45,929 nucleotides of DNA from Elsinoe ampelina (Eukaryota): assembly GCA_010093995.1 (NCBI GenBank), contig ML992504.1, forward strand, positions 1,554,360-1,600,288, written 5' to 3'. The notes under the pieces are model-generated. The model saw only the letters and a program-made list of their open reading frames with translations. It made no database searches and was not told the origin of the DNA. Below, one piece after another: positions 21,567-33,287 of this stretch. The position numbers and the translations under genes were made by a program. Each line of letters begins with the position of its first letter. The stretch's first letter is position 1.

Positions 21567-22166
21567 CTAATCCGAGTCCGAGCTATCACTGCTGTCGCTC
21601 CCACTTCCCCTGCTCTTCGACTTGTGCTTCTTCTCCTTCTTGTCCTTCTTGTGCTTCTTGTCCTTCTTCCCTCCCTTGCCGTCCTTGTAGTGATCCTCAA
21701 GCTTCGAACCAGCGATAGCTCCTCCAATAGCACCGATGACACCGTGTCCCATGGCGTGACCACCCATTGCTCCAGCAGCAGCGCCAGCTAGACCGCCCAT
21801 CAGACCTCTGTCTTGTGGCCCGCCCTGTTGCTGTTGGTAGCTCTGCTGAGGAGGGTATCCTTGCTGACCGCGGTTGTCGTAGCCCTGCTGCTGTGGTGCA
21901 CCGCCGTAGCCCTGTTGACCGTACCCTTTGCCATGCTGTTGTTCGTGGCCGCCGTGCTGTTGACCATAGCTTTGCTGAGGAGGTCCGCCGTAGCCCTGCT
22001 GCGGGTGCTGTTGCTGACCGTACTGTTGCTGTCCACCATACTGCTGTTGACCGCCGTACTGTTGTTGCTGGCCGCCATACTGCTGCTGACCGTAGCCGCC
22101 TTGCTGACCCTGCTGACCGTATCCCTGCTGATGACCGCCTCCGCCGTAATAGTCGTTCGAGGACAT
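21567..22166 (-). CDS. Gly/Gln/Tyr-rich low-complexity protein with glycine-zipper segment and basic/Ser-Asp tail (199 aa)
   Basis: ATG in good context (ACAATG); QQQYGG repeats; DRGLMGGLAGAAAGAMGGHAMGHGVIGAIGGAIAGSKLED (Gly-zipper 2TM-like); KKDKKHKKDKKEKKHK tail. Confidence 0.8.
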   Translation of the reverse strand: MSSNDYYGGGGHQQGYGQQGQQGGYGQQQYGGQQQQYGGQQQYGGQQQYGQQQHPQQGYGGPPQQSYGQQHGGHEQQHGKGYGQQGYGGAPQQQGYDNRGQQGYPPQQSYQQQQGGPQDRGLMGGLAGAAAGAMGGHAMGHGVIGAIGGAIAGSKLEDHYKDGKGGKKDKKHKKDKKEKKHKSKSRGSGSDSSDSSDSD

Positions 22167-22538
22167 TGTTAGGTATCAGGAGATGTGTGGGTGAGGTTGT
22201 GCGAGGTGGATGTGAGGAGAGAAGGAATGCGCCGAGTGTTGTATAGATTTGGTGTATGTCAGAAGTGGAGGAATGCTGGTCTTCTTGAGCTGATGTGATC
22301 CAAAGCTGAAGAAACAGGGTTGCCCCGCAGATTGTCAGGGACGTCAGGCGGCAGCTGCGGATGTGTCAGGTCCCGCGATGTCCCATCCAATCAACGTTGA
22401 GCTTTTCCGAGCTTTGACGCTTTTGCGCTGTGATGAAGCTGAAGTTAATTGCACCGCCACTTGCAACGGACAGTTTCGGGGCGGTGCATCCAGCACCTAA
22501 AGTAGCCAGAGGGTACCGTCATCGCACCACCTTGACTC

Positions 22539-24245
22539 TCAGAACCACCACAATTCGTCCTCGAGACTATCCTTCCAGAGCTGCGGACAAGGAGTTTTCG
22601 TGCTCCACTCCCTCCAGGACGATGTCTCTGCCGCGATAACGCGATGTATGGCCGCAAATGGTCCAAAGAGGTACCAGACTTGCATCACGATGCATATGAG
22701 GAGTGCTGCAATAGCCATAAGTCCTATCGAGATGGAGATGAAAGCAAACAATATTGTGAAGAAGACGGTCCACCGGGTGTCCTGTCCAGAGGTGGCCGTG
22801 GTAGGTGCCGAGGTCGATGTCATGGTCGCTGTCGAGCTTTCATCCGCCAGCTCAGGGGCCGGAGACTCAGGTGTGGTAGTTGTGCTATCTGATGCAGTGT
22901 CTCGTGGTGTCTTGAAGACAAGGTCTAGAGCACCTTCGGCCATCAAAAGTACTCTCAGTACTGTCTGTATGGTACCCACCATGCCGATCAGCTGAAAGAT
23001 GATGTCCTTCGCAGGCATACGAGCAAAATTGACCACGACCTGTAGTTGTACGAAGCCAGCAACCATCATGTGCATGATCATTCGAGTCACGCCGCCCTTG
23101 AGGTTGATGAATCCTAAGAGCTTCAAGTTGCGGGTCTCTGTAAGGTCAGACTGCTGTCTGAGGTTGATACATTCAGGTAGCGCGCATGCATTGACGCCGC
23201 AACAATCAATCTCCTCCTTGATTGTCCAGTCGGTGTGGATGAATGTAATCAGGAGTGACTGAAGTAGCCCAATAATTCCGGAGACGACCATGAGGAACAT
23301 GGCAATGTCGACTGTGGCGTACCTCTTGGAGACGATGCGGCGAACAAGTAATACTGCGGCTTGTGCGTACTGCCCCAGCAGGATTGTCAGGATCAAGAGA
23401 CGACCTAACCACTTCAGATCTCGATGTAGATATGCTGGGACGACATGCTGAGGATTGACACTAGCAAGATATGGTCGCGGTGTCTCCGCCGTCGAAGCTG
23501 ACTCGGCGGCACCAAGGCGGACACAGCAGATGCGGGCCAGCTTATAGCGCAAACCAAGCTTCTCCTCCCATTGTCCTTTGTGGAAAGGTAACGATTGTGC
23601 TAGTTCCAACCAGATCATGACAGTCAGCGTGAATGCTGGAGTGAGTGGACTCAGCAAGACCTCCAAAGCTCGAAACAGCTCACGACGTATGGATCCTGAT
23701 CCTGCCAGTGAACCAAGATGGCCGTGAATACAGACTGTCGTAACAGTGGCCGCGAAGAGCTTCACTAGGACACCAGTCCGTGTCCTCCTTCCATCCGAGG
23801 GGCATGATGTATCGAAATCCGAAGTACTGATCTTGGGCGTGGCCTTATCCATTGACCAGAAGATGTGGAACAGACAGAAAGTCATCGTGGCGATGGGAAT
23901 CCAGACAGAAGTGGGCTTGAGAAAATGGTTCTTCACGAGCATTATGAGGCTGGTATGTATGGATCGAGCTGGTGTCGGTTGGGGCTGTCCATTGTTTGGA
24001 TGGACGGTGCTCCCTTCAGTCCTACTTTGACGTCGATCTGATGGAAGCAGCGCCATGAAGAGAAACCCACCCAGAACCAGAGGAAATGTTAGAATCGTCA
24101 AGGTGCTTACGTATAGCTGATTGGGAAGCCTTTGGAGCATTGAGCGGTCATGGGTGTGTTGAGACTCTCCGTCTGGTTCGACACCGTTCGACGTTGTCGG
24201 ATCCTGTGCGTCCGACATGATGTGCGAGCAAGCAGTATTAGACAT
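22539..24245 (-). CDS. Hypothetical multi-pass membrane protein (568 aa, intronless)
   Basis: Long uninterrupted ORF with many hydrophobic segments, ending CPQLWKDSLEDELWWF. No family recognised. The start could be at the second Met (MSDAQD). Confidence 0.7.
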   Translation of the reverse strand: MSNTACSHIMSDAQDPTTSNGVEPDGESQHTHDRSMLQRLPNQLYVSTLTILTFPLVLGGFLFMALLPSDRRQSRTEGSTVHPNNGQPQPTPARSIHTSLIMLVKNHFLKPTSVWIPIATMTFCLFHIFWSMDKATPKISTSDFDTSCPSDGRRTRTGVLVKLFAATVTTVCIHGHLGSLAGSGSIRRELFRALEVLLSPLTPAFTLTVMIWLELAQSLPFHKGQWEEKLGLRYKLARICCVRLGAAESASTAETPRPYLASVNPQHVVPAYLHRDLKWLGRLLILTILLGQYAQAAVLLVRRIVSKRYATVDIAMFLMVVSGIIGLLQSLLITFIHTDWTIKEEIDCCGVNACALPECINLRQQSDLTETRNLKLLGFINLKGGVTRMIMHMMVAGFVQLQVVVNFARMPAKDIIFQLIGMVGTIQTVLRVLLMAEGALDLVFKTPRDTASDSTTTTPESPAPELADESSTATMTSTSAPTTATSGQDTRWTVFFTILFAFISISIGLMAIAALLICIVMQVWYLFGPFAAIHRVIAAETSSWREWSTKTPCPQLWKDSLEDELWWF

Positions 24246-27200
24246 GGCATACTTACATTCAAAGACACGAAGTCAAGAGAATTGAAGTGACTACCCAGCA
24301 AATGTGGTCGCCTCGTCAAGAGATGTCGAGATTGACCAATGAGATGGAGCTATGCCGTCTGCGCCTCAATCCACTCACGGATTGTACAAGGCAGTGACAC
24401 GGAGGCAATCGGCGAACCCACCGCTCCTGTCACAGATTACAGACTGTTGCGGAAACATCGCATGGATGGATGATGCCTGCATTTGTTGAATCCTGGGAAA
24501 GGATATCAGGAATTGAAGCTCTCGTTCCATTAATCCAGCTCGTCACGTAATGCTGTTTCACGCTCACAACCCGTTTCCTAACGTCACATAAGAGCATATA
24601 CCTAGAGCGAGACACATATGCAGGCGCTGGTATAGAAGCCATTCTTGGAGATATTCAGTAGTATTCTGGGCAAAGCTAGGTACTGTGGATGAGGCTAGTT
24701 CTGGTCAGACGATCGAGAGAACGGCGTCTGCGCCTTCACCCTTGTACACACTCTTACCTATAGACAATGCTTATTGTGTGTTGCTATGATGGCGGTGTCG
24801 GGAAATTGCGAAGAAACTATATGCCGGACATAAAGGACAACCTCAACAAAGCCCCGAAGGCGATTGCCTTCTAGCACCTGCAGAATCTTATGATACAGAA
24901 TCGAATCTACCGTAGGGGACGGGATGCGTAGCCTGGCTCAGTACGCTTTAAGCAGTCCAAACTCGAGGGATTTAGAGAACAAGGACGGATGATAACCTAC
25001 CAGACCGTCACTTCGCGGGCAGTAAGTTTTACGTAACCTCTGCACCTTCGAGCTCGCTTCCCAGGAGTCATCGATATAGTAGGAAGCTGACGAGGCCTGC
25101 CCCTATCTCACCGATAGTCCACCGACAGCAGGCATAACAAGACGTCTTGCATGCTTGATCCCGGAAGACGGTCCTCGAGCAAACAGTGGATATGCAGATG
25201 CAAAGTCTGGGACAGACCGCTCCCGATAGACTTCTGTCATGGACTTTTGGATTTCCTGGTTGCTTTGTTTGCTTTACCAGCGACAAGGGGCCCGCAATGC
25301 CTGTCAAAGGCAAACGCGAACAAGAAACGCACATCACATGCAGATGCAGTCCAGCCCAATCATCCATCGGACGTGCATGTTCGCCGTTCACGGCGCTGGG
25401 AAAAGACAAAGTGCGCTCGAGCGGGGTTGAATATGCAGAAGAAAGTTCCACTACCTTGCCGGAGAGAGCCATGCGAGTTTGTCCCACAGTGATGGATGTC
25501 AGGGATTGCTGAAATAATGCAACAAGTCGATCATGGATGCTGAAATTGAACTACCAGGAATATATTCTTGATGCTTGCACGAGTCGTTGCATCGTTCGCG
25601 AGCATGCAGTGAAAAAACCTCCGAAAATGCAGGATCCTTGCCTGGTAGGACCCATACCAGGACTGTGGATCCAAAGACTGCAGGAGAGAGGTAGTCGGCT
25701 CGGCTCTCACCACCAAAATGTAGTTTGACACATTGGCACTGCTGGGGATGACGGCATGAAGCATGCGCTGGGAAGGAGGATGGATTGGCGGCTGCAAGTC
25801 TGCAGCGAGTGGTCAAGTTGCAGTACGGTGAGGAAAGTCCCCCGCTAATGTGCGTTGGAATGGCTGGGCCTGACTCCTCGATGACGGACGGCAGCGCTGC
25901 GGACCTCTCCCTGCCTGTACCGACAGTCTATTTGCACCGTTGTGTTTCATGACCGACTTTGACAGGTCGTGACGATGGTCGAGAAACGTCAACGGCCACG
26001 GGCTATCGAACACGAGCCGTAACCGTTGGAGAGAGACCTCCAAGCGACGACCAAGGGACGAGGTACCCGCCCGCACGACACGGCAGACAAAGCTTTTCGG
26101 AAGATTGAAGAGTCCAAGCGTCAAAGCTTGTTGCGCAAGCGACTCGTCAGTGCGTTGATGGAAAAGGGCGAGGAAAAAGCATCATATTTCCTGCACGTCC
26201 AGTTGTCATGCTTTCGATAGCGCGGGGGTTTCGCCGTGGGAGCATGGGTTCGGACTTTTTGGAGCAAAGCTCGAGGGAGATCATGAGCAGTTTGAGAGTG
26301 AGTCCTGAATCGCAACGACCCACCTCGAACACATGGGCGTGCTTTTTTCTGTGGTACAGATCATCCCTTGAGCGACAATCTGAAGGAGAGAAACGTGCTT
26401 ATCCCTGTCGTGGTTGACGCCGTACTGTACGTGTGCGACGGGTAAGAGTCCACTTTTGTGCAGAGGAGGATTGTGAACTCGGAAAGAGGTCGAAATGCGA
26501 CTCAGGTGATGTACAGGAACCCAATGTCAGGTCGGACTCGTCGGGGCTTGGTTTGGGTGTGTCCAAGGTGCAACGCTCAGCGACCTGGGATGTCCGTCAC
26601 GCCCGATCTGACGGTGAGATCCAGGACCGCCATCCAGCCACTGGATCTACCATGGTGTGTCTGCACAAAATCCAACGGCAAGTCTCGATAGCCCAGCTCC
26701 TGTAGCTCCCGCGTATAGCAATCAGCGGGCTTTGTGCCGTGGTGTACAACTACAAAAGCGGTCTCTCGCCCGGAAATCGCACGGGAGGCGTTTGTCCAGC
26801 CAGGCAAAAATGCGGACGGGGGCCTGGCGCTGTGTGTGTGACACGGTCAAAACGGCCATTTAGACGTGGAGCCGCTACCTTGTTTCTGCAGCTAAAAACG
26901 GGCGCCATGGCCTGTTTGGGCAACGGCTGGTCTTGCGATCGAGTCATGGGTTCTATGCAGACCCGCCCCTCGGTTCGCTGACATGCCTGACATTCCTCTG
27001 TTCCAGCAGGGAGGGTTGGGAAATCTCTCGATCATGGTTCCCAAGGCGCTGGACAGGTCATCATCTCCGAGCGGGACTCCACGGGAGAGTGACATTTTAG
27101 GGCTCTTCTGAGCTGTGGGTTTGGGTCAGAGCTGACCGTCGAGGTGGTACAGACCTGACAGATGTAGAAGAAACGTTTGAGACTGGCCATGATACGAGAA

Positions 27201-27650
27201 ATTGGCTATTCGCTGTGCTGGGCTGCTTGCCGTCAACGTGTGTTCCTGTACCTGTGCGGTGGCATGCTCCGATGTGGAGGATTGACCGTTGAAGAGTCCT
27301 GCTCGAGTCGCTGCTGTGATTTGAGCAGGCTGAGGGTACATCAAACCTCCTGTCTATGCAGAAATGTCGAAGGTCGTGATGACAGGCGCTGTGTCGCAAC
27401 TATGAGCGACGCATCACGTGCCTTCATATGCCGCTGTTCCCGACGTCGGCTGGATCTCCAGCGAGTCAGGCTTGGCGTCTCCAGCTCCACTTCATGAGCT
27501 GCCGAGTGCGACTTGAAGAGAGGTAAGTCGATCGAGTGAAATTGTACATACCAGTGATTGTTTCGTCATTGCTTTTACCGCCGGTCATGTCTCTATTACT
27601 CCAATTTCGCTAGCGGAACAGCATGCAGATCGACCATCCTCCTCGAGATC

Positions 27651-29337
27651 ATGGACGCCGAAGAAGAGGAGCATTTCGATGGTCCAGAAGACTTCAGCAA
27701 GCGCATTCATGACATTGTGACGGCCCCTTGCGACACACATCAAGCTATCGATGATAGCCTGCGACAGTTCATCAGCGCCGTAACCTCCTTCCACCGTATG
27801 GCAATTGCATCCACAAAGTCGAGGCGGCGTTGACATCTTCCAGGAGATCACCCCGATCTGGTTGGAGACCATGTCGACCACGGCTGCTTCGAGTTACTCG
27901 CGGCAGATCTGTTCACGGCCAATCGCGACTATGTCAGACGACAATTCATCTACAGCTTGATGCAGGTTCGTCACGCTGTATGATGGGCGAGTCAAGGCAC
28001 ACGACTGACCCGGCAACAGGAAGATGAATACCCCGTGCTACAAATAATGACCACTTTCTTAATATATGACGGCAAGCATGACGAAGAGACGTTTGTAATG
28101 ATGCAAAATGAAGGCTTGTTTCCCCGACTGGTGGAACTGATCAAGAGTGGGAGATACGAGGACACCTTGGTCCACAGACTCTTGCTCGAATTGCTATGCG
28201 AGATGACGAGGATACAAGTCTTGTCACGAGACGATCTGAGTGAGTGTGCGTCTGTCCTATCTTGGGGTCATGACTGATCCGCGCAACAGAAATGGTGGAC
28301 GACGCTTTCATCCTCTACCTTTTTCAGCTGATCGAGCAGCTCTCCCATGATCCAAGTGATCCATATCACAATGCAATTATCAGGATTCTGGTAAGCGCCC
28401 CATTCACGTCGGCGACTGGCCTTCTAACTTTGCTCAGCTTGTGCTTAACGAGCAATATATGTGCTTCGATACGGATGAATCTGGCGATACGACTCAAACA
28501 GATCCTATACCCAACCGTATTGTCAAGATCCTCTCATCCTACGGACCAGCGTACCGAGCTTTTGGAGAAAACCTTATCCTCCTTCTCAATAGGGAAAGCG
28601 CACTCGGTCCTCAATTGCTGATACTCAAGATCCTGTACCTGTTGTTCACAACCCCGCAAACATTTGAATACTTTTACACCAATGATTTGCACGTTCTTGT
28701 TGACGTGATCATGCGCAACCTGGTGGACTTGGACCCTGGTTTCGACGATGACGACGACGACGGCAATCCGACCATGTCTCCGGAAGGTACTGGCAATAAG
28801 GCTTTACGCCATACCTACTTGAGGGTTCTTTACCCCTTACTGAAGAACACCCAATTGGCTCGTGAAGACGGAAACTACAAAACGGAAGAGCTTCGGAGAC
28901 TCCTTCGCCTGCTTGTCTCCTCATCCTCACAACATTTTGCACCCGCAGACAGCACGGTTCTCCGTCTTGTGTCACGGTGTCGACAAATCGATTGGATCAA
29001 GGATGAAGCGGATGAATTCTCCCATATCGAGTCTCCCACGGCAAAGAGTCCACCATCAGATGGTGATGTTGCTAAACGATTACTTGGCATGACCAACATT
29101 GAGGCGGGCATCAGCAGTCTCAGTGTTTTAGAAGTGACTGCGAAAGTCGAGAAGGAGGACAAGAAGCAGAAACCCGCGCTACCGCCTCCGCGTCGAATCA
29201 AGAAGGTCGCAGATGTCACGAACCCACAAAATGGAAATGGCAGGCTCAAGGTGAAGCCCATGATACCCAAGCCGCGAAGAGCGCGAAGCGAGCAGATCAG
29301 AGATCGCAGTCCGTTTTCTGACGACTCTCCTGGATGA
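27651..29337 (+). CDS. LDB17: Ldb17/Dip1/SPIN90-like Arp2/3 activator (DUF2013); introns 27796..27843, 27966..28019, 28240..28289, 28391..28437
   Basis: Four canonical GT-AG introns join the ORFs in frame. Motifs NRDYVRRQFIYSLMQED, FPRLVELI, LLVLNEQYM, FGENLILLLNRE, LILKILYLLFTT, EYFYTNDLHVLVDVIMRNL and LRHTYLRVLYPLL; Pro-rich tail (KPALPPPRR). Confidence 0.85.
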
Positions 29338-30321
29338 ATGCACTTTTATTTCCAGATTCCCAACTTGCTCGCCAGTAGCGGCAGATCCCGATACAGGACT
29401 TTGGATGATTGACGTCTCTCACAGATGTCAAACCTGACAGTGTTGTATCTCGACCCTGCAGCACGCAGCCAATTGACACGGCCAGCGAAAAAAGGGGCAG
29501 ATCAATTCTACTAGCGACCTGGGAGCTTTCGTGGCGTTCGGCAACTGTTGTGTAACCGCATCCTTGGACCACCAGACCAGGATCAAACTCGGGTACCTTG
29601 CTTGCATGTCAGACTAATGGCAGCCTTGCACCACCTCAACCGTCTGCAAACTCCCGACGTACAATTTCAATTTTCTTCCTTCCAATGCACCTCATCCAGA
29701 CTGTGCTGTCTTCTAGCCCTTGCTACGAGCGCATGGCCCTTCTGGTCTGTGGCGTCCTTGTTGGCTACCAACGCTCAATCCTCCTTGCCGAAACTCGGCC
29801 CATGTGGCAGCACAACTCTTTGTCAACATTAGAGGGCTCGGTCTTATCGACCGTCAATCTGATGCAGCTTCCTCAAGGGATATGGTATGGTAGCTTCACG
29901 CATATTCTCCGACAATCAGGCAAGGGTTGCTGCCATTTTTATCTTTAGCCGAAGATTGCGATATTGTCTAGAATTGCTATCACAAGTCTATGCCTTTCAG
30001 TGCGGCATGGTTGCACAGTCCCTCGCTGTCCTTGCTAGTAGCGTCTGCCAGGTACGAGCAGTGTCTGCATGTCCAGACCCATGCGCCACGACAAATCATG
30101 GTGGTGCGACAAACCTCTTCGGCCGCTCACATGCAATACATCCCCACTCTGACCCCTTCGTACTCCCGAGAAGTCGTGATTAGACAGAGTGAGAGCAATT
30201 GATATATCCTCCAGGCCTCCCAGTCTTTCATGAACTCCATCGTGAAGTGGTTCCACACCTTGTTGCCTCTCCTCATCGGACATTCGTTTGGACACTCGTT
30301 TTGCACTCTCGTTCTTCCAAG

Positions 30322-32417
30322 ATGAGGACTTCTCTCTCCTTCGCTGCACTTGCTGCTGCCTCCGTTGTCGCTGCGGAACCCTTGGCTAGTAAGATATGGG
30401 TGTTAATCGGAAGGTCGTTCATGATGCTGACTGCAATTTAGATGCGAACCACGATCGAGGCTACGGAGGTTGGTGGAAGAGGCCGAGTCGTGGCTATACT
30501 CGACCATACTGGCCGATCTACCCCCCAAGATCATCTACAACCAGCTTCGGCACTGGTGTCAGTCCTTCTTCATCCACCGCCGATGCTGTTACGGGGTCCA
30601 GCACGACTTCCTCTCTGTTCTCTCCCACTCTCTCGACGGCAACAAGGACTGGTGGCGAGGCGGAGTCTTCCTCGACTGTCCGTGGCTCTTCTACGTCCAC
30701 CACGTCCCGCCGACCACCGGTGACTACAACAGTCGTGGTCACTGTCACTGTCACTGAGCCAGAGTATCCATCCACCTCCGGCTCTTCCTCCACGACTGGA
30801 CCATCCTCCTTCACTGGCACAGGGTCTGGCCCCAGCTCGTCTACCGCCAATCCGGGCACCGGCAGCAGCAGTACCATTCCCTCGACGACCTCTGCTCCAT
30901 ATGGCAATTCCACGACCAGCACTACAGCCAGTCCTGGTACTGGCACGTCGACCTCATCTACTTTCACTCTCACCAGCTCATCTGCTTCGAGGTTCGGCAA
31001 TGATACGACCAGCACCACGGCTAACCCAGTGACACCGAGTAGCTTGACGACTGGTCCACCGACCACACTTGTCCCTCCCACTTCGACTGAGCTGCCTCCA
31101 TACGGCAATGGGACAAGTACGCCTTGCATCGACCATGGAACTGGCACAGCCCCGCTCAGCTCCACCACTGCTGATGACTTTCCCGGGACATCTTCCAGAT
31201 CCTCATCACGCTCGTCCTCCACTCCCTACTACCCCACTACGGGCAACTCAACGACTGCCGGTCCCACTGGTCCGTCCTCTACCGGCACAAGTGGAAGGAC
31301 TACCCTCACCATCACCAGTCCAGTCACGGTCAACAGCACCACCTTCTCCATCAGCTCTACCTCAGCACCTCGAAGTGGGACCGACTCGACCAGTGATTCT
31401 CCTGTGACGAGCAGCAGCTTGACCCGTAGGACCACGATCACTTTGACTAGTCCCATCGTCACCACTGTCACCAGCTCTCTCGTTGGCAACTCCACTTTGC
31501 CATCCTCCACCGCGTCGATCACGTCCAGCAACCCAACCACATTCACGACGGGCTCTCCTGTCACTTCTAGCTCTCTGTCGTCGGCGTCTTCTTCTTCGAC
31601 CACAAGACGCGGCCCTTTGCCATACCCGAGCTTCACCTATACTCCTCGTTCGTCGTCATCGTCTTTCACAGGAACCTCGCCTCCGTCTAGCAGCCTGTCG
31701 ACTACGGCCGATTCGGTCCCATCTTCGAGCTTGACGCCTGGAAACAGCACCACTTTCTCACCTACATTCAGCTCTGGTACTCGTACCGGGCCACCCGAGT
31801 CCACGACTTACTTGTCTTCTAGTACCGCTAGCCCGGTAACGTCATCAAGCACCGGATCCAGCTCGACCTTCACCCCGACATTCAGCCCAGGTACAAGGAC
31901 TGGTCCACCCGAGTCTTCGACTTCCAGCACTGGAGGCCCGGTCACATCCTCGAGCACTGGATCCAGCTCTAGCTTCTCTCCCACGTTCAGCTCTGGTACC
32001 CGCACTGGTCCACCGGAGTCATCTACTGGGACGACCACTCTATCATCTCCAACCCTGCCTCCAGTTTCGACCACAAGAGCAAGCAGCTCAACAGTCTACA
32101 ACACAACCACTTCCGCAACAGGCAGCACGTCAAGCAGCACCGGCAACCCAGTGACTTCCTCCTCCGCCTCTCGCACCGGCACGTTCTCCACCACCGAGAC
32201 CTCCACCTACCCCTCGACCTTCTCCACTATCACGATTACCTCCGAGTCCACCACCGCTAACCCCACCGGGCCATCTTCGAGTCCGTCCGCCTACCCCACC
32301 ACGAGCTTGAGACCTTACCCTCCCCTTCCTTATGGTCCACCTTCTTACGACGACGGAGATGGGTATGGAGAAGGTTACGCAGGCTACGACGGGCCGGTGC
32401 CGGATGATGAGGAGTGA
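30322..32417 (+). CDS. Secreted Ser/Thr/Pro-rich mucin-like protein; intron 30389..30441
   Basis: Signal peptide MRTSLSFAALAAASVVAA joins via GTAAGA...CTGAC...TAG to ORF 30396..32417. Many NxT/S sequons (YGNST, FGNDT); acidic C-terminus without a hydrophobic GPI signal. Confidence 0.8.
31750..32030 (+). repeat. Coding repeat, ~3 x 39 aa (TFSPTFSSGTRTGPPES...PVTSSSTGSSS)
   Basis: Three near-identical peptide blocks with synonymous divergence inside the mucin-like ORF. Confidence 0.8.
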
Positions 32418-33287
32418 GGTTTCCCTTGAGATGTATCGGCGACGATGGCGAGGTAGTCCTCTTCTTCTTCAGGGCGGGTAATTTGCTATAGGCGAGCTGC
32501 TTCGATTCTGACACTCCTTTTCTTCCACTTCTTTGACATGTGGAGCCTGTCGTCGAGAGTCATAGTTGGCCCTAAGCTTCTTGTATCTTTAGGACTTTTA
32601 GATATACTTTTCATGGCAGTTTCTGGTCTCACTTCGTCGATTTGCTAGTTTAAAGCTGGGTGTAAAGCACAAATCCCCGAGTCAAAGACGCTTGCTATGC
32701 TACGCTAGTGAAGCCCAAAGACTAACGGTGTGTTCTATGTATCCTTGGTGCTCCTCTCCTTCTCCCCTATCGTCGTGGCTAGGGACATATCCTCCATCCC
32801 CCTGTTCGTCGCTTGCGCAAGCTGAAGCCTCGCACATGTCGACGACGGAATTCCACTCTTACCTGTCCCCAAGAGAGCCGGTGTTTTGGTGTACCTTGCT
32901 CTGCCACTCTGGAACCACACTCACACGCTTGAGTGCTGCTTCGGCTTCGCATTTGCTCGCCGTTGACAAAGTTTTCCAGTATCTGACTGGCGAGAGAGCT
33001 GTTTCTGATCTTCTCTATCCCGGCTGCCCCTGCGATGACCATGTGCTTGATTCAAGGTTTCGGGCTATCGATGTAAGACATAGACACCTCGGGGCTTTGT
33101 CACGATTGATTTGGTATCGCTGGCAACTGTGGATGGTACTCGCTTCGTCAGAACATCACTCGTGGAAGTACAGATGACTCTGGATTAAAGGTGTGTACGA
33201 AGTGTCGATTCATTAAACATCGTATCTATCTGTCCCCTCGTCCCCTCACACATCTGCCTCCCCTCTCCACTGTACGCTGTTGTACAT

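Noticed and set aside
24400..27550. Short ORFs in a 3-kb gene-poor stretch (e.g. 26026..26220)
   Set aside because: No family motifs or convincing exon chain; possibly a degraded gene, which only tblastx could show.
29400..30300. Possible small gene between LDB17 and the mucin-like gene; likewise ORF 32692..33177
   Set aside because: No recognisable motif, mostly non-ATG starts and no supporting splice pattern.
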